Below are positions 12,501-26,538 of a DNA stretch of 64,000 bases, one piece after another. Origin of the DNA: Octopus sinensis (lineage: Eukaryota); assembly GCF_006345805.1 (NCBI RefSeq), contig NC_043001.1, forward strand, positions 135,849,567 through 135,913,566, given 5' to 3'. The notes below the pieces were generated by a model. That model saw only the letters and a list, made by a program, of their open reading frames with translations. It searched no databases and had not been told where the DNA came from. A program made the translations under genes and the position numbers. Every line of letters starts with the position of its first letter. Position 1 is the first letter of the stretch.

Positions 12501-13849
12501 ACCTAACAGAAACAGATAAAGCAATTAAACAGGCTTTCTAATAATCCTTGATTGAATGAGAAGAGGGCTGTATCCATAGACTTTAAAGTGGTGAGATAAT
12601 TAAGAAAGGAATAGATTCATGGCAAGCTAATGCAAAATTGTGCAAAGGAAATATAATCCAAAAGATTAATCCATTAGCAGAATTAGTATTACTGGTTGAA
12701 TTGCTATCAAATTGATGAATTGCTACCAAAATGTCTTGTGACATTTCGTTACAGCGACTTTCCTTCTGAGCTCAAATCCTGAGTTCAAACACATTGCATA
12801 ATGAAGAGTTGATCAATGTTGAAATACCTTTAATCATATGTCTAGATAAAATCTAACCTGAGGATCAACAACAACAACAACAGCAACAACAACAAAAACA
12901 ACCCATTCCTTGAAGTCAATAGAACTGATCACCCATTACAGGTCAATCAAATGTGTTTAGAATCAATATTTTTTAATATTTTATTCTAACCTATATATGG
13001 TGCCAGATGATCAATGATACCTCATTTGGGGACTTGTTACGATATTGTTCTCATGATGATCAATAATTATTAGTATTAATTAAGATAACGAGGACTTATA
13101 ATTTCAGGTCTCATGAAATAGTTTTGTACTTAACTGACATCACATCAATACTGTTGGTACACCTGGCTGTGTGTGTGTGTGATGATATATGTGTGTGTGT
13201 GTGTGCGTGTGTGATGATATATATGTGTGTGTGTATAACTAGTTGTCTAAAAATCCATAACTGGCCCCCATATGTTAGTTAACGGAATAGTTACTATCAC
13301 TATTATTATGATAATTAGGTAGAAAGCTGGCAGATTTGTTACCACACAGGGCAAAACGTTTAGCAGTAATTCATTTGCCACTATGTTCTGAGTTCAAGTT
13401 CTGCCGACATCAACTTTGCCTTTCATTCTTTTGATAAACTAAGTACCAGTTAAGTCCTGGGGTCGATGCAATTGACTTAGCCCCCTCCCTCGAAATTGCT
13501 GGCCTTGTGCCAAACTTTGAAACCGTTATCATTTTTGTTTGAGCAACCTACTCATTGTATTAGTTAGTGTACAAGTAGCAGAGTATTCCACAGACATATG
13601 TACTTATAATGTAATCCTAAACCATAATCAGTGTTACACAATGAGTGACAAAGTGACCTTTAATTATCTAGGTAGAAGCTCAATAAGATGAATTGCACAA
13701 GGTTCTGTCCATCTAATTTCATTCAAATAGCTTGGGTTTACCTGAGGCTATGGTAAAATAGCTCTTATGGTATTGAACCCAAGACCTCATGATTACAAAT
13801 CAAGCTTTTTCACTACTCAGCTGTATCTGAGCCCATTGTTACCATTGTC

Positions 13850-14245
13850 TTTACTCTTTTATTTGTTTCAGTCATTTGACTGCGGCCATGCTGGAGCACC
13901 GCCTTTAGTCGAGCAAATCAACCCCAGGACTTATTCTTTGTAAGCCTAATACTTATTCTATCGGTCTCTCTTGCCAAACAGCTAAGTGATGAGGACGTAA
14001 ACACACCAGCATTGGTTGTCAAGTAATGTTGGGGGGACAAACACAGGCACACACACACACACACACATATATATAGAAGATGGGCTTCTTTCAGTTTCCA
14101 TCTACCAAATCCACTCACAAAGGCTTTGGTTGGCCCGAGGCTATAGTAGAAGACACTTGCTCAAGGTGCCACGCAGTGAGACTGAACCTGGAACCATGTG
14201 GTTGGTAAGCAAGCTACTTACCACACAGCCGCTCCTGTGCCTATG
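13850..14245 (-). mobile_element. SINE family A
   Basis: Full-length copy. Confidence 0.88.
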
Positions 14246-15821
14246 TATAGCTTTAATACAGACACAATAGAATATAACCGAGATCAATAATTCAATACAC
14301 GCAGCAATGAAGAAACAACAAAGCGAGGATTTTCCACATGAGTGATTTAGAATTTCAGAAACCAATTTAAAATTATTAACACTACAACAACAGTATGGTT
14401 TTCATTTATCTGTCATTAGTTGATAGACAACTACTGCATGTTAGTAGTTGTGTGTGTTAACTGACTATGTAATTAACAAAACAATTTCAGTTAATTAAAA
14501 TCACCTTTGCAGTCAGGAGTGTGTGCGGCCAGCAGAACAGAATAGTGTTTGTATACTCCTTGAGATAACTATTTGGTTGTTGGTAAGACAGCATAATAGT
14601 TATACAATATTTTATGAAATATAAATAGCAGTTGTCCCAGAAGGCCAGTTTTGGTCAAAGCAGACTTAATGCATATGTACATAATTTATAATGGATATTC
14701 ACACATAAAATGGTGTTAGCTGTAAGATTTCATCTGAGAGTGATATAAAAATTGTTATTTTAACCTAGTGTTGTTTGGAAGATATATATATATATATCAA
14801 TATAACTTAAACCTTGTTGTCCTTTGTCCAAATATGCAAATGTTTTTGTTTGCTATTTCCTATGAAGAGATAAATTCTGACTGAGAAGGACTGGAGGTGT
14901 CTAACACTGACTGTCGGTTACAACGATGAGGGTTCCAGCTGATCTGATCAATGGAAGAAACTGAGAACTCCACCCTTAACATAGTTCTCAGGGAGATTCA
15001 AAATGACACAGAATGTGACAAGATTGGCCCTTTGAAATACAGGCACTACTCATTTTTGCTAGTTGAATGGACTGGAACAAAGTGAAATAAAATGCCTTGC
15101 TGAAGGAAACAACATGCCGCCAGGAATCAAACTCATGGCCTTTACAATCATGAGCCAAATACCCTATCCACACTAAGAAGGCAAAATTAAGCCAAAACAC
15201 CAGTGTTTGATGGTCTACTGATGTCTTTCTGAGTGAACAGTGTTTTTAACACACAAAGTCTCTTTGGAGTATCTTCCTTGAGACAAAATCTTACATCATT
15301 ATTTTAATATAAAGCACTTTCAAAAGTATACACGTATGTTTTTACACACACCAGTAACAAGCATACTATATATACATATATATATCATCATATCATCAAC
15401 ATATTAACATCTATTTACAGGGGTCAGATAGAATCCATTGACGCAGATTTTCTATGTATGAATGCCCATTCTGTTGCCAATCCTCACCTATTTCCAAGAA
15501 AGGTAATATTTTCCCATGACCAGACATGTTTTCATGGAAGATTGGAAATGATTGACAGATTGTGTGATGTTCATTTACAACTCTCATGCAATGTCAACAT
15601 AAAGTAATACAAACACACATTCACATTTAAATACATGATAGGCTTCATTCAGTTTCTGTCTATCAATGCCACTCAGAAGATTTTGATTGGCCCAGGGCCA
15701 AGACACCTATCCAAAAAGCTACATAGTAAGATTGGACCTGACAATGAGGTTGAGAAACAAACTTCTTACCCAAACAATCTTGCTTATGTCTAACCATGCA
15801 CAATGTACATATAGTACAATG

Positions 15822-16248
15822 AGCGGTGAGCTGGCAGAGACGTTAGCACACCGGGCGAAATGCGTAGCAGTATTTCGTCTGCCGTTAAGTTCTGAGTTCA
15901 AATTCCGTCCAGGTCGACTTTGCCTTTCATCCTTTCGGGGTCGATAAATTAAGTACCAGTTACGCATTGGGGTCGATATATATTTCTTTACTACCCACAA
16001 GGGGCTAAACACAGAGGGGACAAACAAGGACAGACAAACGGATTATGTCGATTATATCGACCCCAGTGCGTAACTGGTACTTAATTTATCGACCCTGAAA
16101 GGATGAAAGGCAAAGTCGACCTCGGCGGAATTTGAACTCAGAACGTAACGGCAGACGAAATACGGCTACGCATTTCACCCGACTTAATCCGTTTGTCTGT
16201 ACTTGTTTGTCCCCTCTGTGTTTGGTCCCTTGTGGGTAGTAAAGAAAT
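15822..16248. mobile_element. Nested SINE family B: a plus-strand copy interrupted by a minus-strand copy (~15980-16180)
   Basis: The plus copy breaks at ggggtcgatata and resumes at cgacttaatccg. Confidence 0.8.
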
Positions 16249-16350
16249 ACATATAGTACAATGGTCACTGATTCCAGCCAGTGGGCTATGGCTATAATAA
16301 GGCACTGCATTTCAAAGCAACAACAGGTCCATTGTAAAAATCCAAATATA

Positions 16351-17224
16351 TGAGGTTTGATCAATAAATAATCAGACTGTTGCCATAGTAATGAAGCTAA
16401 AACATGCAAAATGAAGCAGCTTGGTACAGATTGACCTTGGGCCCCGCTGTGCATGCACACTAAGTTTTAACATTCTACTTCACTTCCCTTGTTTACAGCA
16501 GTGCTTGGAAGGAACGTGTGTAGCATGTAATTGTCGCATTGACCATGACAGACAAAACTGTCATGGTTGATACCTGCTCAGAGGCAGATGCAAAGTTGCA
16601 GAAAGTGTATGGTGTGCAGTGTATGAGCTACACACAAGTGTACGGGTGGTTTAGACATTTCCAAGATGGCTGAAAAAATGTCGATAGTGATGAACGTTCT
16701 GGGAGACATGCAACCAGCAGAACTGAGAAAAAAACATTGCAGATGAGCATGCAGCTGTGAGGAGAAATCATCGAATCACCATGCATGAGATATCAGAGGA
16801 TGTGCAGATTAGTTATGGTTCAGTTCAGTCCATTATCACTGAAGATTTGGGTATGAGATGTGTGTCTGCCAAGTTTGTGCCAAAACTGCTTTCAGCTGGG
16901 TTTCAGTTGCACAAGATCTCCTTGATTGTGTTGAGAACGGTGAAAACTTCTTGAAAACTTTGCGTAAGTCTCTGAGCAGGTATCGCCAAGCTTTTGGCAA
17001 AATTTGATGCAGATTCTCTACTCAACTTTCTCTGTCATAGTCAATGCGATGATCACATGCTACACATGTTCCTTCCAAGCAGTGCTGTAAACAGAAATGA
17101 GCTAGAAAACTTAGTGTGCATGCACAGCAGAGTTCAAGAGTCAATCTGTGCCAAGTGGTTTCACTCTGCATGCTTTAGCTTCGTTACCATGGCAACAGTC
17201 CGGATACTTACTGATCAGATATTG
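16351..17224 (+). mobile_element. Non-autonomous mariner derivative with ~260-bp inverted ends
   Basis: Flanked by TA. The inverted ends extend into transposase 5' sequence. The centre encodes HTH remnants (ERSGR..TS..RRITM.EI..V.ISYGSV..I....LGMR.VSAKFVPKLLS). Confidence 0.8.
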
Positions 17225-17266
<42 letters not shown>

Positions 17267-17355
17267 AAAATTCATATGTATATATATATATGTGTGTAAA
17301 TCAAAATGTCCAAATAATTATATATGTATGTGAGTGTATGTGTAAGTATGTTTGT

Positions 17356-17397
<42 letters not shown>

Positions 17398-17614
17398 CAC
17401 ACACACAGAAACACACACATCTTGTTTTACATTCATTTTTGAATATACAATCATGCATACACACACACACACCTTTTTATTGCTAATTAGAAAGGTCTTT
17501 TTTTCTCTATTATATTTTGCTATGTCAGGTGGATATAAATATAGGTATATAACTATATATGTATGCATATCCATAGGTGTTTTCACTCACACTCATTTAT
17601 ATTTATATATATAC

Positions 17615-17672
<58 letters not shown>

Positions 17673-18493
17673 ATACATGTGTGTGTGAACATGTGCATAC
17701 TAAGATATAAGTATGTTCACATATATACATACATGTGTGTGCAGGTGGCACGTAAAAAGCACCCACTACACTCACGGAGTGGTTGGCGTTAGGAAGGGCA
17801 TCCAGCTGTAGAAACATTGCCAAATTAGACTGGAGCCTGGTGCAGCCTTCTGGCTTCCCAGAACCCCGGTCGAACCGTCCAACCCATGCTAGCATGGAGA
17901 ACGGACGTTAAACGACGATGATGATGTGTGTATATATGTGAAATACCATCACCCTTAAAGAATACACATACATCGCACGTGCCCGAATGGCCATGCCATT
18001 TCTCTTGCATTTGGTAAGGAAATTAGAATTTGACTCCCATTTGCCTCCATTACCCACACCTGACATATAAACAAAATAGAAAAAAAAATCTCTTTCTAAT
18101 TAGAAATAAAAAGGTGTATGTGTGTGTGTGTGAGTGCATGTGGTTGATTGTATATATAAAAATGAATATACAATGATGATGGTGAGTGTGAATGCATGCA
18201 TGCACATGTATACATGCATACACACATGTATGCACACACATATGCATGCACACACACATGCATGCACACAAACATGCATGTACACACACGGATGCACACA
18301 CATAAATTCATTTATGCATACATACACATATATATATAAACTCACACACACATATGTATAAATGCAATATATGTATCAATACATATATATAATATATACA
18401 AACACCTACATATATATACACTTACAATAATACAAATTTCATATATATTTATGTATGTATCTATATATGTATGGATGTGTGCGGATATGTACG

Positions 18494-18524
<31 letters not shown>

Positions 18525-18591
18525 GTGTGTGTGTGTGTGCATTTATGTGTGTGTGTAAATATATATTAAATGTATACATACATCCAAACAC

Positions 18592-18629
<38 letters not shown>

Positions 18630-19484
18630 ATTCATTCATACAAGAGGAGATTAGTAAATCCTTTCTCGTCATGACCAGAATGAGTCATTTCAACATAGAC
18701 CAGATATATGGCTTTTTTATTTATTTATTAATTTATTTATTCATTTATTTATTTATTCCTTCTTTCTTTCTGAACAAAACAGTGGAATCAATAATCTATT
18801 GATTAGACGTAGTTCAATACTCTATGCAGAAATCAATGTAGATCTAATAACTGGCTAGTTTGGTACAAGAACTTTACCTAATCATTGGACTGATGTGAAA
18901 GAATGAAAGAAAGAAAGAAAGAAAGAATGAAAGACAGAGCAGGAGAAAAGGACAAGAACAAACAACATCAGCAACAATACTGTATGTGTATGCACATGTG
19001 TGTATATATGCATACATATACACACATACAGATCCATATACACTTTATGTATAAGGTGCATGTGTATGAGTAGACAGATGTAGCTGAGTTCAACAAAAGG
19101 TGAGACCAAAAAAAGATGTTTTGTTTCATCTGAGAACACGTTCTAAGTGCCTTTACTATGGCTCTTTGAATAAGGTAACCCTGGAATGTATTCTGCAGAC
19201 ACACACAATGCATACACATCCATCTACACATATAAATACATTTTATACAATGTGTTGGTGTGTGTGTGTGTATATATATATATATTGCCATGTTGGGTCC
19301 CTTAACTCTACACAGTTTTTCTCTCACCATTTTTTCTTTCTATCTCCATTTTTTCCTCTTATTCCTTTCAACATAAAAGACTTTTCCATTTTTCCTAAGT
19401 ATTAAACTAATACACCTGCTTGTTGTTCCTAAACTTGTCCTCATCTTTTGTTTTTTTTTGTAAATTTGAACTATATATATGTAT

Positions 19485-19885
19485 TACTCTTTACTCTTTT
19501 ATTTGTTTCAGTCATTTAACTGTGGCCATGCTGGAGCACCACCTTTAGTTGATCAAATCGACCCCAGGACTTATTCTTTGTAAGCCTAGTACTTATTCTA
19601 TCGGTCTCTTTTGCCAAACTGCTAAGTTACAGGGATGTAAACACACCAGCATCGGTTGTCAAGTGATGTTGGGGGGACAAACACAAACACACACATACTT
19701 ATATATACACATAAATACGACAGGCTTCTTTCAGTTTCTGTCTACCAAATCCACTCACAAGGCTTTGGTCAGCCTGAAGCTATAGTAGAAGACACTTGCC
19801 CAAGGTGCCACGCAGTGGGACTGAACCCGGAACTATGAGGTTCGTAAGTAAGCTACTAACCACACAGCCACTCCTACGCCTATAT
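19485..19885 (-). mobile_element. SINE family A
   Basis: Full-length copy. Confidence 0.88.
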
Positions 19886-20164
19886 ATATATATATAAATA
19901 AAAGTGCAATTCTGACTGTCCGGGACCCCTGTATCTCAGTCAACATTTGCTCTCTGTATATTTGAAAGTCTATGAGAATTACTTAATACAATTTTTGAAG
20001 AGTAAAGGTGATTTGTTTTAAAAAGAATTATTTTTTAAAAAATATGTTATGAAATCTTTTATGAGGATGTTACTAACCTTTTGGGAAGAAGTTTTTTTTC
20101 TAGAGTGTGAGTGCTTTCGTTTAACCTTTTTAAACATGAGCTATACATATATAATTATATATTG

Positions 20165-20485
20165 AGAGAGAGACCCCCTTCAGTGATGACTGACCGTGGG
20201 ATTGCACCTAGAAAGTTACCCTCCCAGACACAAGTCCAGGCAAGGTTGTTTATGGAAGACCAGCAGTTGCCCTTGCATACTGGCCTCCCCTCTCCACGCC
20301 ACCAGTGTTATCCAAGGTAAAAGCAAAGGCTGATACAGCTTGGCACCCGTGACATCACAACTCATTTCTACAGCTGAGTGAACTGGAGCAACGTGAAATA
20401 AAGTGTCTTGCTCAAGAACACAACACGCAGCCCGGTCCGGGATTCGAGCTCACAACCTCTAACCACTGAGCCATGCGCCTTCACA
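20165..20485 (-). mobile_element. tRNA-derived SINE (family C-related head); second copy at 36460-36802
   Basis: Two near-identical copies. Head tgaaggcgcatggctcagtggttagag. Confidence 0.78.
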
Positions 20486-21097
20486 ATTATATATGCAAGC
20501 AGATTATCATATAGATGTATATGTGTGTGAGTAGTCCCCACCATTACTTGACGATTGCTGATGGTTTGTTTACATCCACCATGACTAAGCGGTTCAGCAA
20601 AAAAGGCCAATAAAATAAATACTAAACTTAAAAAATAAGTACTGGAGACAATTTGTTTAACTAAACCTTTCAAGGTAGTACCCCAGCATGGTCGCAGTCC
20701 AATGATTAAAATCGGTGAAGTAAGAAGAGAGAGTGATGGTAGTGGTGATGGTGGGGTGGGGGTGAGGACAGAGGAGAAAATAAAGAACGAGAGACGTAAT
20801 TTGTGAATAAGATCAGTTTAACGAACATCACTGACATTTCATCTGAGGCATTGTAAAAGGACAGAAACCATTTACGGAAGTTAATAGAATCTTAATGATT
20901 CCACAGAGCAAAGCGTGGGGTGGGGAGAAGGGAGGCAGAGCATCATTTACCTATATATGTCTGTACATGCGTGTATGTGCATATGTGTATGGATAAATTT
21001 GACACACACATACATACATACACGTAATATAGTATAGTGTGTGTGTGTGTGTGTATGTATATGTATGTGTGAGTGAATGGGTGCGCATATATATATC

Positions 21098-22782
21098 TGT
21101 GTGTGTGAGTGCATATATGTGTGTGTGTGTGTGAGAGTGCATATATATAACTTGTGTGTGTGTGTGTGTGAGAGTGAATATATATAACTTGTGTGTGTGA
21201 GAGTGCATATATATAACTTGTGTGTGTGTGTGTGTGAGAGTGCATATATATAACTTGTGTGTGTGTGAGTGCATATATATAACTTGTGTGTGTGTGTGTG
21301 TGTGAGAGTGAATATATATAACTTGTGTGTGTGAGAGTGCATATATATAACTTGTGTGTGTGTGTGTGTGAGAGTGCATATATATAACTTGTGTGTGTGA
21401 GAGTGCATATATATAACTTGTGTGTGTGTGTGTGTGAGAGTGCATATATATAACTTGTGTGTGTGTGTGTGTGAGAGTGCATATATATAACTTGTGTGTG
21501 TGTGTGTGTGTGAGAGTGCATATATAAATTGTGTGTGTGTGTGAGAGTGCATATATATAACTTGTGTGTGTGTGTGTGTGAGAGTGCATATATATAACTT
21601 GTGTGTGTGTGTGTGTGAGAGTGAATATATATAACTTGTGTGTGTGAGAGTGCATATATATAACTTGTGTGTGTGTGTGTGTGAGAGTGCATATATATAA
21701 CTTGTGTGTGTGTGTGTGTGAGTGCATATATAACTTGTGTGTGTGTGTGTGAGAGTGCATATATATAACTTGTGTGTGTGTGTGTGTGAGAGTGCATATA
21801 TATAACTTGTGTGTGTGAGAGTGCATATATATAACTTGTGTGTGTGTGTGTGTGAGAGTGCATATATATAACTTGTGTGTGTGTGTGTGAGTGCATATAT
21901 ATAACTTGTGTGTGTGTGTGTGAGAGTGCATATATATAACTTGTGTGTGTGAGAGTGCATATATATAACTTGTGTGTGTGAGAGTGCATATATATAACTT
22001 GTGTGTGTGTGTGTGTGAGAGTGCATATATATAACTTGTGTGTGTGTGTGTGTGAGAGTGCATATATATAACTTGTGTGTGTGTGTGTGTGAGAGTGCAT
22101 ATATATAACTTGTGTGTGTGTGTTGTGAGTGCATATATAACTTGTGTGTGTGTGTGTGTGAGAGTGCATATATATAACTTGTGTGTGTGTGTGAGAGTGC
22201 ATATATATAACTTGTGTGTGTGAGAGTGCATATATATAACTTGTGTGTGTGTGTGTGTGTGTGAGAGTGCATATATATAACTTGTGTGTGTGTGTGTGAG
22301 AGTGAATATATAAACTTGTGTGTGTGTGAGAGTGCATATATATAACTTGTGTGTGTGTGTGTGTGAGAGTGCATATATATAACTTGTGTGTGTGAGAGTG
22401 CATATATATAACTTGTGTGTGTGTGTGTGTGTGTGAGAGTGCATATATATAACTTGTGTGTGTGTGTGTGTGAGAGTGCATATATATAACTTGTGTGTGT
22501 GAGAGTGCATATATATAACTTGTGTGTGTGTGTGTGTGAGAGTGCATATATATAACTTGTGTGTGTGTGTGTGTGAGAGTGAATATATATAACTTGTGTG
22601 TGTGTGTGTGAGTGCATATATAACTTGTGTGTGTGTGTGTGAGAGTGCATATATATAACTTGTGTGTGTGTGTGTGAGTGCATATATAACTTGTGTGTGT
22701 GTGAGAGTGCATATATATAACTTGTGTGTGTGTGTGTGTGAGAGTGCATATATATAACTTGTGTGTGTGTGTGTGTGTGTGT
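21098..22782. repeat. Compound minisatellite [(GT)n-GAGAGTGCATATATATAACTT], roughly 50 units
   Basis: Directly visible. Constant spacer with variable (GT)n. Confidence 0.95.
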
Positions 22783-23949
22783 ATTTTCAATGGGTGAGTA
22801 ACATCACGAGATGGTACAATCAAATAAAAGTTCCTGTGAGTGACTTTGTTCTCTTGTTCTATCTTAAAGGGGTATTTTGCATCATACTATTACCCCGTAT
22901 TATTTATAATTTCATTTGCATTTGTGCAACTATGTTAAAAAAATAAAGACAAATTTATTTGTTTATTAATATAAACAATCTGCAGTTTGTAACAAAATAA
23001 TTTATTATGTATTTTAATAATTCACTTAGGCATAGTGAGACTAATAACCAGATGTAGAACTATGAACCAGAACACAATGTTATATAAGTAAGTTGGGATA
23101 CTTATATATGTTATATAAGTATATGTTATATAAGTATATGTTATATAAGTAATAGAAAACAAAGAGATGACACTGGAAAAACCAAATGTTACCCAATGAA
23201 CTTCATTAGCTTACAGTTGTTTCTGCTACGGTCGACTTTGCTTTTCATCCTTTTGGGGGGGTGAATGAAATAAGTACCAGTTACATAATGGGGTCGATGT
23301 AATCAACTAACCCCCTCCCCTACAATTTCAGGCCTTGTGCTTATAGTTGAAAGGATTATCATTATTATTATTATTATCATTATTATTATTATTATTATTA
23401 TTGTTATTAAGGTGGTGTGTTGACAGAGCTGTTAGGATGCCAGGCACAGTGCTTAGTGACATTTCATCCATCTGCACGCTCTGAATTCAAATTTTGCCAA
23501 GGTTGACTTTGCCAGTCATCATTTCAGGAACAATACGCTAAGTACCAGCTGAGCACTAGTGTTGCTGTAACTGACTTATCTCCTCCCCAAAAATTTGAAA
23601 ACCATTACTGTCAGCGTCGCCTCACTGGCACTTGTGCCGGTGGCACGGGAACAAAACATTCGAGCGAGGTCGTTGCCAGTGCTGTTGGACTGACTCCTGT
23701 GCAGGGGGCATGTAAAAAACACCATTTTCGAGCGTGGCCATTGCCAGTACCGCCTGACTGGCCCTCCTGCCGGTGGCACTTTAAAAGCACCCACTACAGT
23801 CTCTACACTCTCGGAGTGGTTGGCGTTAGGAAGGGCATCCAGCTGTAGAAACTCTGCCAGATCAGACTGGAGTCTAGCGCAGCCATCTGGTTCGCCAGTC
23901 CTCAGTCAAATCGTCCAACCCATGCTAGCATGGAAAGTGGCCATTAAAC

Positions 23950-23988
<39 letters not shown>

Positions 23989-24128
23989 AATTATTTCCCT
24001 ATTTTCACACCATACTGTTGATTTTATTTTGAAAATGGATATACAATATACAAAAACGAATTTACCATTCATAAGTTTAGAGTTGAGATTCTGAATCTAT
24101 GAACGGAGAAAATAGTAAAAGAATTTAC

Positions 24129-24221
24129 CTGTTTCTTGCTTCTTCTCTTCGTAATTCTTAAGGAAATCTCGAATGGAACCATTCCTCCAGCAGCCAGTAA
24201 TTGGTATGGTTTTCGGACCAC
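24129..24221 (-). CDS. Exon 4 of J1-crystallin/SelJ-like gene: GGPKTIPITGCWRNGSIRDFLKNYEEKKQET(G)
   Basis: Acceptor tgtgtttaatcag, donor G|GTAAAT, 93 nt, phase 1-1. Matches the PIxGxWRxxSxxxFLKNxxxxKxETG motif of SelJ/J1 crystallins. Confidence 0.88.
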
Positions 24222-24787
24222 CTGATTAAACACAACAACAGCATTAATTATTTTGGATCTGGCCTAGTCTGGTGGTGATCTGCTCTTGGGCAGGTCCTTG
24301 CATGTAGACCTTTACCTATTTCTTTATTACCCACAAGAGGCTAAACACAGAGGGGACAAACAAGGACAGACATAGGTATTAAGTCGATTACATCGACCCC
24401 AGTGCGTAACTGGTACTTAATTTATCGACCCCGAAAGGATGAAAGGCAAAGTCGACCTCGGCAGAATTTGAACTCACAACGTAATGCAGACGAAATACCG
24501 CTAAGCATTTCGCCCGACGTGCTAACGTTTCTGCCAGCTCGCCGCATATAAACCTTTACCAGCACTTTCTATACAGCCTGACAGGTTCTGTAACCCTCCT
24601 CTGCCACATTAACACTTCAGCATTTAAACTAGCCATATCCAGCCCAAATATTCTACCTGTTTTATGTTCAAACCAGCCATATCTGGCCTCTCATACCTAC
24701 CTAACAATGTCATTCTAAAAATATACAACCACATCATCAAAAATTTAAAGGTATGAGATAAGGCATGATTAATTTCTAAACAATAGT

Positions 24788-25205
24788 AGGTGTAGGAGTG
24801 GCTGTGTGGTAAGTAGCTTGCTTACCAACTACATGGTTCTGGGTTCAGTCCCACTGTGTGGCACCTTGGACAAGTGTCTTCTACTATGACCTCGGGCCGA
24901 CCAAAGCCTTGTGAGTGGATTTGGTAGACGGAAACTGAAAGAAGCCCGTCGTATATATGTATATATATATATATGCGTGTGTGTGTGTGTATGTTTATGG
25001 GTTTGTGTTTGTCCCCCCCAACATCGCTTGACAACCGATGCTGGTGTGTTTAAGTCCCCGTAGCTTAGCGGTTCGGCAAAAAAGACCAATACAATAAGTA
25101 CTAGGCTTACAAAGAATAAGTCCTGGGTCGATTTGCTCGACTAAAGGCGGTGCTCCAGCATGGCCACAGTCAAATGATTGAAACAAGTAAAAGAGTAAAA
25201 GAGTA
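24788..25205 (+). mobile_element. SINE family A
   Basis: Full-length copy inserted in a piggyBac-like MITE. Confidence 0.88.
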
Positions 25206-26538
25206 GAATATAAATGAATAAGCTTTACATTTGACAGAAAATCCTGGAGTGGTTTCCTATTGCCTTCTCTAGGCAGGTTGGATTCGAACTCAGAATGTGA
25301 ACAGTTAGAAGATATACTGCAAAGCATTTCTGCCACTATCACATGCATAGAGCAAATGTGAAATGAAGTGTTTTGCTCAAGAACACAACATGCTCTTTGG
25401 TCTGGGAATTGAACCTATCATCCAGTGATTGTCAGTGCAACACCCTAACCACTAGGCCACACCTAGAGGTTAGGGTATTGCACTCACAATCGTTTTCAAA
25501 AGACAGAATTAACTGGGTGCAGGTATGGTAGATTGGTAACCACATAGTTCCAGGATTCTGTCCCACAATGTGGCACATTAGGTAAGCACCTACTACTGTA
25601 GACATAAGCTGACCAAAAGCTTTGTTGGTAGATTTGGTAGTCAGAAACCGAAAGGAATTTGTCTGTGTGTGTCACTGTCTTGACATTTTGCGATGATTGT
25701 TCTAAACAAATGTCATCATCTTCTAAGTGTTGTTCATTTCCAGTCTTCCATGAGAAATATGTCTGGCTATGGGGGAAATATTATCCTGCTTGGAAACAGA
25801 AGAGGATTGGCAACAGGAAAAGGCATCTAGCTGGAGGAAACCTGCCTCAACAAATTCTGTCACTGGATTCATTATCACTATCTTTCATTTTTGGCTTGTA
25901 CTGGTCATTTCTCTTTTCTGCTTCCACTCTCCGACAAACTGTGAGTGGCCATGCAGATCCTCTACAACATGCTCTCATCTCCCCCTCCTTTTCCTACCCT
26001 CATCCCCTAGCATAAAGCTGACCCCACCTTCCCTGGGGTTCATAGTCCTGCAAGCTTCATGGTGACCTCAATAATGCTTGTTGCATGAAACAAAATACAA
26101 TAAACAACAACCAGTACACACTGTAATGTGGTTGGCATTAGAAAGGGCATCCATCCATAGAAACCATGTTGAAGTGGACATTGGAGCACGATGCAATCCT
26201 TGGATCCAACAGATCCTGTCAAACTGTCCAATTCAGGCCAGCATGGAGCATGGATACTAAACAATGGTCATGAAGATAATAGCTGCCAAGAGAACAGAAA
26301 CTTCAAACTTTAAAGAATATAATGTACTATTTGCTGGATAATTGAATACTATATCCTCTACTATAAGCCTTACTCTCACAAACAAACCGACAGTATACAC
26401 GATTCTGAAAATTTAAACTGCCAGGATCACACACACACAAACACACATACAATCCTGGAAGTGGAAGGGAACTGTGTATAGATTATCTCTAATTTTGTAA
26501 ACATAATGTTGAGTTGAGGAGGTATAGAACATCGATAC

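Noticed and set aside
19081-19200. Candidate minus-strand exon 5 (NTFQGYLIQRAIVKALRTCSQ)
   Set aside because: No similarity to the expected SelJ continuation, wrong phase and no good donor.
21098-22782. CRISPR-like repeat/spacer appearance
   Set aside because: The spacers are only (GT)n of variable length, there are no cas genes, and the context is eukaryotic.
20943-22823. Long ORFs of 519-626 aa
   Set aside because: Stop-free reading of a minisatellite. Open in all three minus frames and low complexity.
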